Assembly: GCA_963700285.1 (NCBI GenBank)
Contig: CAVOXA010000010.1
Coordinates: 512,001 to 576,000, forward strand
Direction: 5' to 3'
DNA: 64,000 nt
Origin: an uncultured Chloroflexia bacterium
GTDB lineage: Bacteria > Chloroflexota > Anaerolineae > JAAYZQ01
The notes under the pieces were generated by a model. It was given only the letters and a program-made list of their open reading frames with translations. It was not told the DNA's origin and made no database searches. Position numbers and translations under genes: made by a program. Below, piece after piece: positions 47,567 through 57,732 of the stretch. Numbering within the stretch: the stretch's first letter is position 1; each line of letters opens with the position of its first letter.

Positions 47567-47814
47567 CTATCACGGTTTGCAGTCTGGGTTCAGGCAATGG
47601 CCGTCAATGGAGACATGATGCGCGCCGCAGCGATTTACGTAAGTTGTCAACTCAGCCACGCTCCAAAGCGCAACAAGAGGGACTACGAATGCAGTATCCC
47701 CAGTCTCTTGTGTGTTCCCATTGAAAAGAACTTGGAACCTGTGCTGGTGCAATCCACCGGTATAGGGCAATATGTTGGACCGTTGACGATGGAATCCTTT
47801 GTCAGGAGGGTGGA

Positions 47815-48846
47815 ATGAGCCTATGGGTGATTGACAAGCAGGCGATAGCTCCCCTTGTCACCAGAATGATGGAAGACTATCGGGTGGTCGGGCCCCAGGC
47901 CAAGGGCAGCAAGTTCGCCTTTGGTGAGATCGAGGATGTGGCCGATCTCAAGCTGGACTATAATACTTCGATCCTACCGCCCAAAAAGTACCTACAGCCA
48001 CAGGAAGAACGGATGATGACCTTCACCCGTAGCGGGAAGCCGGAGGTGGAAACGGTCATCGACGCTCCTCCGACCGTGATCCTGGGCGTCCATACCTGCG
48101 ATCTCCAGGGCATGGCCGTGCTGGACGAGGCCTTCAGTCAGGGCTTTCCCGATGCCCATTATCTGAGGCGGCGAGAGCGGACGCTGCTCGTGGGTATTGA
48201 GTGCCTGGAGCCATGTGACGAGCACTCCTTTTGCAAGAGTATGGGTACGTTAACGGTGAGCAACGGCTACGATCTGCACCTGACCGACCTGGGTCAGGCC
48301 TATGCCGTGGATGTGGGCACGGAACGGGGCGCGGCTTTGCTGAATCGGTACGGCAGCGCCGACCAGGCCAGCGAGATCGAAATGAAGCAGCTAAACAAGG
48401 TATTGGCTGCCAAATGGCCTCGCTTCCGCTACAAGCTCGAATTCGACGCAGGCGAACTCTCGTCCCTGATGAGCCAGGCATATGACAGTCCGCTGTGGGA
48501 CCAATTGGCTGAGATCTGCCTTGCCTGTGGGCAGTGTACCCTTGTGTGTCCAACCTGCTTCTGCTTTAACGTCTACGACGAGGTGGAACTAAACCTGCAG
48601 GACGGCGAGCGCCGGCGCCGCTGGGACTCGTGCCAGTTGGACGAGTTTGCCGGCGTGGCAGGCGGCGAGAACTTTCGTGAGCATCAGGCTGCCCGCCTGC
48701 GCCACCGCTTCATGCGCAAGGGCCGCTATCTCCAGGAGAAATACGGCGAGCTGGGTTGCACGGGTTGCGGCCGCTGTGCCCGATCTTGCCTGGTAGACAT
48801 CTCGCCCGTGGACGTCTTTAACGACCTGCACGGGGCCAGGGTGTAA
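47815..48846 (+). CDS. hydB: Group 3b hydrogenase beta subunit (4Fe-4S, AsrA-like)
   Basis: PPKKYL, HTCD, CLACGQCTLVCPTCFC and CTGCGRCARSC motifs. Confidence 0.88.
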   Translation: MSLWVIDKQAIAPLVTRMMEDYRVVGPQAKGSKFAFGEIEDVADLKLDYNTSILPPKKYLQPQEERMMTFTRSGKPEVETVIDAPPTVILGVHTCDLQGMAVLDEAFSQGFPDAHYLRRRERTLLVGIECLEPCDEHSFCKSMGTLTVSNGYDLHLTDLGQAYAVDVGTERGAALLNRYGSADQASEIEMKQLNKVLAAKWPRFRYKLEFDAGELSSLMSQAYDSPLWDQLAEICLACGQCTLVCPTCFCFNVYDEVELNLQDGERRRRWDSCQLDEFAGVAGGENFREHQAARLRHRFMRKGRYLQEKYGELGCTGCGRCARSCLVDISPVDVFNDLHGARV

Positions 48847-48858
48847 GGAGGTAAGAGG

Positions 48859-49710
48859 ATGACACAGTCCATAGTTGCTACTGCTCAGGAGGAATCGGTC
48901 TACCGGCCGGCGATGGCGCGTTTGCTCAAAGTTGAACCGATGACCGAATTGGAAACGCTGTTCACCCTGGAGCTGCCCGGCGGGCGGAGCCTGGGCAACG
49001 AGCCCGGCCAGTTTGTCGAAGTCTCGTTGTTTGGCATTGGCGAGGCGCCAATCTCTATCAGTTCTTCGCCCAGCCGCAGCAATGGTACGTTTGAGCTTTG
49101 CGTGCGAAATGTTGGGGATGTGACCAGGAACATGCATGGCCTGGAACCAGGCGCGGTCCTGGGTGTCCGTGGCCCCTTTGGTCACGGCTTCCCAATTGAG
49201 AAGATGAAGGGCAGGGACATTCTTTTTGCAGCGGGTGGCTTGGGATTGGCCCCTCTGCGCTCGCTCATCAACCAGGTGTTGGATCAACGGGGATTCTTTG
49301 AGCGTGTGATCATTCTCTACGGCACCAAGCAGCCCAGTGAGATTCTGTTCAAAGACGAGCTGCTGCAGTGGGCAGAGCGGGAGGACGTCGAGTTCCACAT
49401 GACTGTGGATCGTGGTGACGAAAGCTGGAAGGGAAACGTTGGGGTCATCACCACACTCTTTCCCCAGATCACCATCAACCCCCGCAATACCGTGGCAGCG
49501 ACCTGTGGCCCGCCCATCATGTACCGTTTTGTGCTGATGGAGTTGTTGGGCAAAGGCATCCCAGAAACACAGATCTATCTGTCACTCGAGCGCCGGATGA
49601 AGTGTGGCGTGGGCAAGTGCGGTCACTGCCAGATCAACGAATTATACTGTTGCCAGGACGGGCCGGTCTTCCGGTATGCTGACATCAAGGGATTGGAGGA
49701 AGCGCTGTAA
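48859..49710 (+). CDS. hydG: Group 3b hydrogenase gamma subunit (FAD/NAD(P)-binding, 2Fe-2S)
   Basis: PGQF, RGPFG, GGLGLAP, CGPP and MKCGVGKCGHC...DGPVF motifs. Confidence 0.9.
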   Translation: MTQSIVATAQEESVYRPAMARLLKVEPMTELETLFTLELPGGRSLGNEPGQFVEVSLFGIGEAPISISSSPSRSNGTFELCVRNVGDVTRNMHGLEPGAVLGVRGPFGHGFPIEKMKGRDILFAAGGLGLAPLRSLINQVLDQRGFFERVIILYGTKQPSEILFKDELLQWAEREDVEFHMTVDRGDESWKGNVGVITTLFPQITINPRNTVAATCGPPIMYRFVLMELLGKGIPETQIYLSLERRMKCGVGKCGHCQINELYCCQDGPVFRYADIKGLEEAL

Positions 49711-50475
49711 TGGCCGAGAACGGAAAGCCAAAAGTCGCATTCTTTGACTTTGCCTGCTGCGAGGGCTGCCAGCTCACCGTGGTCGACGCTTTGCAGACGC
49801 ACCTGGAGTTGGTTGAGGCAGTCGAGATCGTCCAGTTCCGGGAGGCGATGACGGAGAAGGGTGAGGATTATCTGGTCGCCTTCATCGAGGGATCGTGCAC
49901 TCGGAAGGAGGATGAGGCGCGCCTGCAAGAGATCAGAGAGCAGGCAGCCATCGTAGTTGCTCTCGGCGCTTGCGCGCATACGGCCGGCGTAAATGCACTC
50001 AAGAACCTTCAGCCCTCCCTGCAGGATGTGCGCGAATACGTCTATGCCGACAAGTGGGGATGGTACGATACCTATGCGGCCCGACCCATCAGTGCCGTGA
50101 TCCAGGTGGATGCCATCATCCCAGGTTGCCCCATCGACCGCTTCGAGTTTCTGGATGTGGTAAAGAAGGTACTGCTGGGCAAAGCGCCCACCATTCCTGA
50201 CTATCCAGCTCTGCGTAGAATGCAAGCTCAAAGAGAACGTGTGCCTGTTTGACAAGGGGGGTACGTGCCTGGGCCCCATTACCCGCGCCGGATGCGATGC
50301 CATTTGCCCCACCTATGGTGATGGTTGCGAGGGATGCCGGGGTTTGATTTCTAATCCCAACGAAAATGCCATGAAGGACGTCCTCGAGAAGGCTGGCATG
50401 ACGGTCGAGCAGTTGATGTCCAAGATGACGATGTTCAATGGCTACGAGCCGGGCCAGATTGAGGTTGCGGGCTAA
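49710..50475 (+). CDS. hydD: Group 3b hydrogenase small (delta) subunit, +1 indel near 50209
   Basis: CCEGC, GACA and PGCP, then VCVECK, CLGP and CEGC after removing one C. Confidence 0.88.
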
Positions 50476-50487
50476 GGAGACTGATGC

Positions 50488-51784
50488 ATGAGTGAAGTAA
50501 ATGTGAATGTAAATGTACATCACTTGACCCGGGTTGAAGGGCATGGCGATATCACCGTCGATGTTCAGAACGGCGAAATCATCAAGTGCGAGTGGTCGGT
50601 CGTCGAGGCCCCACGCTTCTTTGAGGCGATGTTGCGCGGGCGTCCCTACACAGAGGCATCGCACATCACCTCGCGCATCTGTGGCATCTGTTCTGTCGGT
50701 CACGCGACGGCCTCGCTGCGAGCGACAGAGACCGCCCTGGGGGTAGAGATTTCGGAACAGACGGAGATGCTGCGCAAGCTGCTTTTCCATGGGGAGATGA
50801 TCGACAGCCATGTGCTCCACGTCTATATGCTCGTTGCCCCAGATTTTTTGGGTGTAGGCAGTGTGCTGCCGCTGGCTGCCTCGCACCCGGAGGTGGTTAT
50901 GCGGGCGTTGCGGATCAAAAAGCTGTCCGGTGATCTGTGCGCCATGATCGCTGGTCGCCACACGCACCCTGTCGCCATGGCCGTTGGCGGCTTTACACAT
51001 CTGCCCAAGATAAAGGAACTCCTGGCCATGCGCGAGCGTCTGGTTGCTGCCCGCGAGGATATGGATGAAACGATGGCCCTGCTCAAGACGCTGCCCTGGC
51101 CTGCTTTCGAGCGCGAGACCGAGTACGTGTCGCTCCAGAAGGATGACGAGTACGCCTTTATCGACGGCCGGATTGCCACCACCGATGGCTTTAGCTATGA
51201 GCTCGCCTGACTACCGCAAAGTGACCAATGAGTATATGGTTCCCCAGTCGACGGCCAAGTACACCAAACACAACCGCGAGAGCTACATGGTTGGCGCATT
51301 GGCTCGCTTTAACAACAACTATGACCAGTTGCACCCGCGGGCCAAAGCTGCCGCTGAAGAGCTGGGCATGGTACCCATCGTCACCAATACCTTCCTCAAT
51401 TCGGGAGCCCAGGCCATCGAGATGGTCCACTGCATCGAAGATGCCATTCTGCTCATCGATGAATTGGTAGACCGTGGCCTCGAGGAGGAGCCGCTGTACC
51501 AGTTCCAGGGCAAGGGGGGCGAGGGCGTTGGTTCCTGCGACGTGCCGCGGGGCATCCTGTTCCACAACTATGTCATCGATGATGACGGGCTCATCCAGGG
51601 CGCCAACTGTATCATCCCTACCAACCAAAATCATGCCAACATCCAGGCTGACATGGAATTCCTGGTTCCGCAGATCTTGGACAAGCCCCAGGATGAGATC
51701 CGGCTTACGCTGGAGATGCTCGTGCGGGCCTACGATCCCTGCATCTCCTGCTCGACTCACTTGCTCGACGTAACCTTTGTCTAA
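50488..51784 (+). CDS. hydA: Group 3b [NiFe]-hydrogenase large (alpha) subunit, +1 indel near 51204
   Basis: RVEGHG, L1 RICGICS..H, PRG and L2 RAYDPCISCSTH with a 7-aa extension. Confidence 0.92.
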
Positions 51785-51794
51785 GGGCAAGTGG

Positions 51795-52337
51795 ATGGGA
51801 GAGAAGCTGGCTGGGGCAGAGCCGACAGCGAATGAGGGTACTAGCCTTGTGCATGAAGCTCTTCCAGCGTGTGCCATCATTGGCCTGGGCAATCCCTTAC
51901 GGGGCGATGATGGCGTGGGAGTGCGTGTGGCCGAGCTCCTGGCCGCACAGCATCTGCCCGGGGACGTGGAAGTAATCGATGGCGGGACGCAAGGGTTGGG
52001 GATTGTGAACCTGATGGAGGGGCGGAAGCGAGTGATCCTGGTGGATGCCGCCAATATCGGCCAGGTCCCCGGCCACTTTGTCCGCTTCACAATGGATGAG
52101 GTGGATTTGCTGGGTGGGCCGGGTGCATTGGGGGATGATCAATACCTGAACGTCCACTACGCTGGCTTGCGCGAAGCACTGCTGTTGGCTCAGGCGCTGG
52201 GTTCTTTGCCCCAGGATGTCGTTATCTTTGGAGTACAACCGGCCAATATCGGATGGGATTGCGCCCTAAGCTCAGAGGTAGAGAAGGCGCTGCCCGGCTT
52301 GATAGATGCCATTCTGACCGAAGTCGCGGTCAGCTAG
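51795..52337 (+). CDS. Hydrogenase maturation protease
   Basis: GLGNPLRGDDGVG, DGGT, VDAA and NVH motifs. Start uncertain. Confidence 0.9.
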   Translation: MGEKLAGAEPTANEGTSLVHEALPACAIIGLGNPLRGDDGVGVRVAELLAAQHLPGDVEVIDGGTQGLGIVNLMEGRKRVILVDAANIGQVPGHFVRFTMDEVDLLGGPGALGDDQYLNVHYAGLREALLLAQALGSLPQDVVIFGVQPANIGWDCALSSEVEKALPGLIDAILTEVAVS

Positions 52338-52427
52338 CAAGGAAAGAGGGCGTGGCTGCGGGCTGCGCCTCATCGTACAGCGATGGGCGAATGGCGAGCG
52401 CTGAATGCTCGACGAGGAGGAGATCAC

Positions 52428-52820
52428 ATGGCAAAGATATTGATGATTGACGATGATCCTGATGTCACCTTGGCAGTTCAGATTCCGCTAGAGTCTGTTG
52501 GCTACGAGTTCTACTCTGCCGGCAACAGTGCGGAAGGGTTTGAAAAGATCAAAGAGGTCAATCCTGACCTCATTATCCTCGATGTGATGATGGATACGGC
52601 TACCGAGGGTTTCCACACCTCTCTGGCCCTGCGAGATCCTTCGCCGGATTCCGAGTATGCCGCATACCGCGAGGTTCCCATCTTGATGTTGACGTCGGTT
52701 CATACCACCACCCCGCTCCGCTTTGCGCCTGACGAAGGCTATCTGCCTGTTGATGCTTTCCTGGAAAAGTCGGCTGGCCCGGACGAGATCCTGGCCAAGG
52801 TGGAGGAGCTTCTCAAGTAA
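52428..52820 (+). CDS. Single-domain response regulator
   Basis: IDDD, DLIILDVMM, MLTS and LEK motifs. Confidence 0.92.
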   Translation: MAKILMIDDDPDVTLAVQIPLESVGYEFYSAGNSAEGFEKIKEVNPDLIILDVMMDTATEGFHTSLALRDPSPDSEYAAYREVPILMLTSVHTTTPLRFAPDEGYLPVDAFLEKSAGPDEILAKVEELLK

Positions 52821-52914
52821 GATCGAGAGTTCCTGTCTGAGCTTCATGGACGAAGGAGAGAGCATCCCTGGATACAGGTACTTTGCCAGATCTGGGGGTG
52901 CTTTGTTGGTTTGG

Positions 52915-54783
52915 ATGCAAGAGATCAAGTCATCGTCTGAAGACAAGAGCCATAAGCCTGTCAGCGACAGCCAGACCTTTGCCGATACTGGGAGAACGCT
53001 TGCCGAGCAAGAATTGGTGAGCAGCCTGTCCTGGCTGATTGACTTGCGCTGGTTCGCTGGGATTGGCGTGCTTCTGGGTACTTGGCTGGCCAGCAGCATC
53101 CTGCACCTGCGCGTACCGGTCACCCCCCTCTATGTCTTGGGCATGGGCGTACTGGCTTACAATGCCCTCTTCTGGTGGCTTCTGCGGCGCCTTGGCGCAG
53201 CGACGACTGCTTCCAATGCCACCTATCAGTGGTTTGCCCGATTCCAGATCGGCATCGACTGGCTGGCCATGACACTGCTGGTGTATCTGACCGGGGGCAT
53301 CGAGAGTCCGCTGCTCGTCTTTTTCCTATTCCACATCTTTATTGCCTCCCTGTTGCTTCCACATGATCGTGCCTTCCTATATGTCGCGCTGGCGCCCATC
53401 CTGGTTGGTGGCATCGCTCTGCTTGAGTACCTGGGCGTGCTACCCCACATCTTGATTGTTGAACCGGCGAGCTATGACGATGCGGTCTATGCCGCTTCTG
53501 TTCTCTTTTTCTTTACCGCAGCCACCTACACGATGGCCTATCTTTCGATGACCATAACCAGACGACTGCGCCGCCGCGAGGATGAGTTGGCTGCTCTGTA
53601 TGGAAGTGCCCAGGCGACAACTTCGACGCTCGACCTTCCCGAGGTACTGAACCGGCTGGCCGAGGCGACAACCAAAGCGCTCCGTTGCAAGGCGGCTGCC
53701 ATTCGCCTTCTGGACAATACAGGCAGCGTTCTGGTGATGGAAGGGTCTTATGGTCTGAGTGAGCGTTACAGAGACAAGGCCCCCATTGAGGTAGCCCGTG
53801 CCCGCCTTGACCAGGAAGCCCTATCTGGCAAGACGATCCTCGTCCCTGATACGGCACACGATGACCGCCTGTGCTATCCAGACAAGGTCACGGCTGAGGG
53901 CATTCGCACCATTCTGATCGCGCCACTCACTGGCAAGACGGGGTCCATCGGCGTGCTGCGCGCCTATGGTGGAGCGACCTACCACTTTACGGAGGATGAT
54001 GCAGCCTTCCTGGATGCCATTGCCGCGCAAGGGGCCGTGGCTATCGAGAACGCTCAGGCCTACCAATTGCTCGAAGAGCTGGACGAGAGCAAATCTCAGT
54101 TTGTGCGCATTGTTACCCACGAGCTGCGCTCGCCGGTGCAGGTTGTGATCAGCCTGTTGAATGTACTCGACCGGGGCTTTGTTGGCGACTTGAGTGAAAA
54201 GCAGGCAGATTTGGTTCACCGGGCGCGGAACAGGATCCAATTTCTGCAGACGCTGATCGATGACCTGCTTGACTTGGCAGCGGGCAAAGCGGACGTCCTC
54301 GCCACCACCGAGCGTGGCCTGGTTTCCCTATCCGCTGTGCTGGAAGAGGTACAGGGCCGCTACGAAGCACGGGCGCAGGAGAAGGGACTGGCTCTTCAGG
54401 CAGAGTACCCGGACGAGAATCTGGCAGTTTGGGGGGATCGGGCGGAACTGGATCGCATGCTGAACAACCTGGTCAGCAATGCCATCAAGTACACGGCTCA
54501 GGGCGAGGTACGGCTGTCGTTGGAAAGAAGTGGCGGCGGCGCTCGCATCATGGTCAGCGACACTGGCATCGGCATCCCAGAAGATGCGCTTCCTGACCTG
54601 TTTCAGGAGTTCTTTCGCGCAAAAAACGCCAGGCAGGTCAAGGACTCGGGTACCGGCTTGGGTTTGTCCATTGTCAAAGACCTGGTCGACCGATGCGGGG
54701 GAGAGATCGAGGTGGAAAGTGCCTTGGGGCTGGGCACAACCTTCACCGTCACGCTACCCCTGGCCGAATCGCCGCCGGGTTGA
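52915..54783 (+). CDS. Membrane-bound GAF-domain histidine kinase
   Basis: Multi-TM N-terminus, GAF, HELRSP, NLVSNAIKY, DTGIG and GTGLGL motifs. The start could be 52846. Confidence 0.92.
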   Translation: MQEIKSSSEDKSHKPVSDSQTFADTGRTLAEQELVSSLSWLIDLRWFAGIGVLLGTWLASSILHLRVPVTPLYVLGMGVLAYNALFWWLLRRLGAATTASNATYQWFARFQIGIDWLAMTLLVYLTGGIESPLLVFFLFHIFIASLLLPHDRAFLYVALAPILVGGIALLEYLGVLPHILIVEPASYDDAVYAASVLFFFTAATYTMAYLSMTITRRLRRREDELAALYGSAQATTSTLDLPEVLNRLAEATTKALRCKAAAIRLLDNTGSVLVMEGSYGLSERYRDKAPIEVARARLDQEALSGKTILVPDTAHDDRLCYPDKVTAEGIRTILIAPLTGKTGSIGVLRAYGGATYHFTEDDAAFLDAIAAQGAVAIENAQAYQLLEELDESKSQFVRIVTHELRSPVQVVISLLNVLDRGFVGDLSEKQADLVHRARNRIQFLQTLIDDLLDLAAGKADVLATTERGLVSLSAVLEEVQGRYEARAQEKGLALQAEYPDENLAVWGDRAELDRMLNNLVSNAIKYTAQGEVRLSLERSGGGARIMVSDTGIGIPEDALPDLFQEFFRAKNARQVKDSGTGLGLSIVKDLVDRCGGEIEVESALGLGTTFTVTLPLAESPPG

Positions 54784-54791
54784 CGAGCGCC

Positions 54792-56702
54792 ATGAAGCTA
54801 CAGCGCAAGTTCTACCTTGGAATCCTCGTCATTTTCGCGTTGCTGGCAGCGGTCATTGCCATTGTAAGCGTCAAATACGTAAACGACAACACTATCCGCG
54901 AAGCCGAGAACAGGGTAACGATAGACGCCCGGGCTGCCTGGGAAATCTTTGACAGCACACCTGAGCAGATTCGTTCAGCGGCGCAGGTTCTGGCTCGGAG
55001 TTACGTGGTGCGGGACCTGCTTCAGGATGCGGGGAATCAAAAGCTGGCTCAGACGGTCAGGACGGACTTGGAGGCTATCCGGCAAGAGCACAAGATGGAT
55101 ATTCTCAACTTAGTGGCTCCGGATGGTACCGTACTTCTGAGGACACGTTTCCCCTACAACAGAGGCGACAACATCGCCGGCGACCCACTGATCCATCAAG
55201 TGATCTCGACACACCAGAGCGTGGCCGGCAATACTGTCTATGAATTGGACCGGTTGGATGTGGAGGGGCCCGGCCTGGTCGAGCGAGCTTTGGCCATCGA
55301 CCAAGAACCCCGCGGTATGCTGGCCGGCGCCGCTGTACCCGTCATTGAGGATGGACAACTTGTGGGTATCATCCAGATGGGCAACCTACTCAACGGGTCG
55401 ACCGAGATAGTGGACCGTATCCGAGACGCCGTCTTTGCCAACGAGTACTATGGCGGCAAACCGCTGGGGACCACGACCATCTTTATGGATGATTTGAGGA
55501 TCTCAACCAATGTCTTGGACAATGCGGGCCGGCGGGCGTTGGGAACCCGAGTCTCAAGGGAAGTGGCCGAGCACGTCCTGGAGAAGGCGCTTTCGTGGAC
55601 CGGACGGGCCTTTGTCGTTGACAGCTGGTACCTCTCGCAGTATGATCCCATCAGAGACCCCGATGGCCAGATCATCGGGATGTTGTACATTGGGGAGCTG
55701 GAGCAAAAGTACCTAGATCTGCGGACGCGCGCGGTGGCCCTCTATCTTGCCGTCATCCTGGCCGGCATGCTATTGGCCTTTGTCGTGGTCTTTTTTGTGA
55801 CCCGCGGGATCCTGGGACCCATCCGGACCCTATCTGCAGCCACGGAGCGTCTTTCCGGTGGGGATCTGTCATACAGAGTCACGGTACAGAGCAAAGATGA
55901 AATTGGCGACCTGTCCGCTTGCTTTAATGAAATGGCGGCCCAGCTTGAGGGGCAGCGCCGTGAGATCGAGGGCAACCAAAATGAGCTAGAGGCCCTGAAC
56001 CGCAATCTCCTGGCTACGAATCGGAACTACATGGAAATGTTGGGTTTTGTCTCTCACGAACTCAAAAACCCGCTGACATCTGCCATCATGAGCCTTCATA
56101 CAGTCAAGGACGGCTACCTGGGAGAGGTCAATCCAGACCAAGAAAAGAGTCTCGAATCCACAGCCCAGAGCCTGAACTATTTTCAGGACATGATCAAGAA
56201 CTACCTGGACCTGTCTCGTCTGGAAAAGGGTGAACTTGAGGTCAACAAGACCCAGGTTCGACCCTGGACGGGCATCATCGTTCCGGTCATCGAAGGGCTG
56301 TGGCAAGAGTTGGAGAAGCGACAGATGCTCGTGGAGAATCGCATCCCAGAGGACTTGGAAGTCTTTGCCGACGACCATCTTCTGAGGATCGTCTATGACA
56401 ACCTGCTCTCCAACGCTGTCAAGTACGGCCTTGAGGGCGGCACGATTCTGCTTGATGCGCAGGAAGGGACGGATCGGGTGACTCTGGGCGTTCGCAACGA
56501 CAGCATCGGCATTCCCTCAGAGAAGATGTCCTTGCTCTTTAGGAAATTCAGCTCCCTGGAAACCCCAGACTATCGTGGCCAACGCGGGACCGGCCTGGGC
56601 CTGTACATCTGCAAGGAAATTGTTGAAGCGCAAGGGGGAGAGATATGGGCTGACTCTCAAATGGGAGAGTGGGTCAAGTTTGACTTTACGTTGCCAAAGT
56701 AG
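54792..56702 (+). CDS. Cache-HAMP histidine kinase
   Basis: TM-Cache-TM-HAMP layout with HELKNP, NAVKY and GTGLGL motifs. Confidence 0.92.
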   Translation: MKLQRKFYLGILVIFALLAAVIAIVSVKYVNDNTIREAENRVTIDARAAWEIFDSTPEQIRSAAQVLARSYVVRDLLQDAGNQKLAQTVRTDLEAIRQEHKMDILNLVAPDGTVLLRTRFPYNRGDNIAGDPLIHQVISTHQSVAGNTVYELDRLDVEGPGLVERALAIDQEPRGMLAGAAVPVIEDGQLVGIIQMGNLLNGSTEIVDRIRDAVFANEYYGGKPLGTTTIFMDDLRISTNVLDNAGRRALGTRVSREVAEHVLEKALSWTGRAFVVDSWYLSQYDPIRDPDGQIIGMLYIGELEQKYLDLRTRAVALYLAVILAGMLLAFVVVFFVTRGILGPIRTLSAATERLSGGDLSYRVTVQSKDEIGDLSACFNEMAAQLEGQRREIEGNQNELEALNRNLLATNRNYMEMLGFVSHELKNPLTSAIMSLHTVKDGYLGEVNPDQEKSLESTAQSLNYFQDMIKNYLDLSRLEKGELEVNKTQVRPWTGIIVPVIEGLWQELEKRQMLVENRIPEDLEVFADDHLLRIVYDNLLSNAVKYGLEGGTILLDAQEGTDRVTLGVRNDSIGIPSEKMSLLFRKFSSLETPDYRGQRGTGLGLYICKEIVEAQGGEIWADSQMGEWVKFDFTLPK

Positions 56703-56729
56703 ATCAAGTCTGAACAAGGAGTTAAAAGC

Positions 56730-57134
56730 ATGACTGAGAAACAGCGTATATTGGTCGTTGATGACGACGTACAACTGGTCGACACCGTAGAAACTCTGTT
56801 GGAGCGAGTGGGCTATCAGGTCTCCCATGCCTACCAGGCCGAGAAGGGGCTGGAGCTGGCCCGAGAGGTGAGACCGGACCTGATCCTGCTCGATATCATG
56901 TTTGCCGGCCCGCCGGGACCTGATGGCATTGAAATCTCTAGGCAGCTCCATCAGGATCCGGATCTGAAGGACACACCGGTCATCATTCTTTCTGGCGTCA
57001 AGAAAGTGCTGGATATGCCGGTAAAGCTTGCCCCGGATGAGGACTATATGCCGGTAAAGTCCTTTCTGGAAAAGCCCTTCACGCCGGACCAGTTGTTGGC
57101 GGCTATCGAGGAGGTTCTAGGGCCACGTAGCTAG
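56730..57134 (+). CDS. Single-domain response regulator
   Basis: VDDD, DLILLDIM, ILSG and EKPF motifs. Confidence 0.92.
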   Translation: MTEKQRILVVDDDVQLVDTVETLLERVGYQVSHAYQAEKGLELAREVRPDLILLDIMFAGPPGPDGIEISRQLHQDPDLKDTPVIILSGVKKVLDMPVKLAPDEDYMPVKSFLEKPFTPDQLLAAIEEVLGPRS

Positions 57135-57293
57135 CCAATGGAAGCCTGTCTGGCTTTCATGATATGATGTTCGAGCATGCTGTGCAGCATAGGATTCTTA
57201 GCCCTGCCTGAAGGGCCCCTTGCCGAACCAGCACTGGGTTCACCTGTAGCTGTGGTTACTTCGTGGCGTACATGGGTTCTCCTGTCAAGAGGC

Positions 57294-57335
57294 AGAGAGC
57301 GCAGTTTCCTGCCCTGGGATCTGCGCTCTCTTTTT
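57294..57335 (+). terminator. Rho-independent terminator
   Basis: AGAGAGCGCAG...CTGCGCTCTCT followed by TTTT. Confidence 0.75.
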
Positions 57336-57732
57336 CCAGCCCAAAGATGTGCCGTACTGGAGAAAGCCCAACCAGTTGAGTGTCATAGGGGGATCTTGCC
57401 TGCTGTTCGTTGGCCCTGCAACCCCCTATCCTGTTTGCCTCATATCTACCCGTACCAGCCAACCATACTCTATCCGTACCGGTACTGCAGGGCAGCCACT
57501 GCAAGCATGCCCGCATCCATGATCCAGCATGACTGTTCCTGATGGGGCAATCCGACCTGAAGTTGCCTGCTTGCCGTCATCGGCATGGCAAACCGGACTC
57601 AGTCCTTCTTCAGCCATCCCAAGACAGTTAGGGTTGGATGACGGGCGAAAAGTACACGGGACCAGCATACGGGCAGAGACGCTGGCTCTACGACGGTCCA
57701 TCAGCATCGACATACCAAGGAGAACAGAACCG

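Noticed and set aside
47408-47818. 136-aa ORF upstream of hydB
   Set aside because: It has a TTG start without an RBS and spans a terminator and a consensus promoter, so it is likely non-coding.
49710-51784. Selenocysteine or programmed frameshifting in hydD/hydA (TGA at 51208, Se module nearby)
   Set aside because: All metal motifs use Cys codons. The reading frames resume after removing one base, matching the scattered indel errors elsewhere, and there is no slippery site.
57441-57480. Short direct repeat CATA(C)TCTAYCCGTACC x2 as a CRISPR remnant
   Set aside because: There are only two short copies, without spacer-length gaps or cas genes.
57500-57545. SAM-methyltransferase remnant (minus-strand VMLDHGCG)
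   Set aside because: It is a single short motif with no supporting flanking similarity.
57586-57705. c-di-GMP-I riboswitch (GGCAAACC...GGGCGAAAAG..CACGGGACC)
   Set aside because: The GNRA-capped P2 stem and the closing AGCCGGGYTRCC segment are missing, so the resemblance is only partial.
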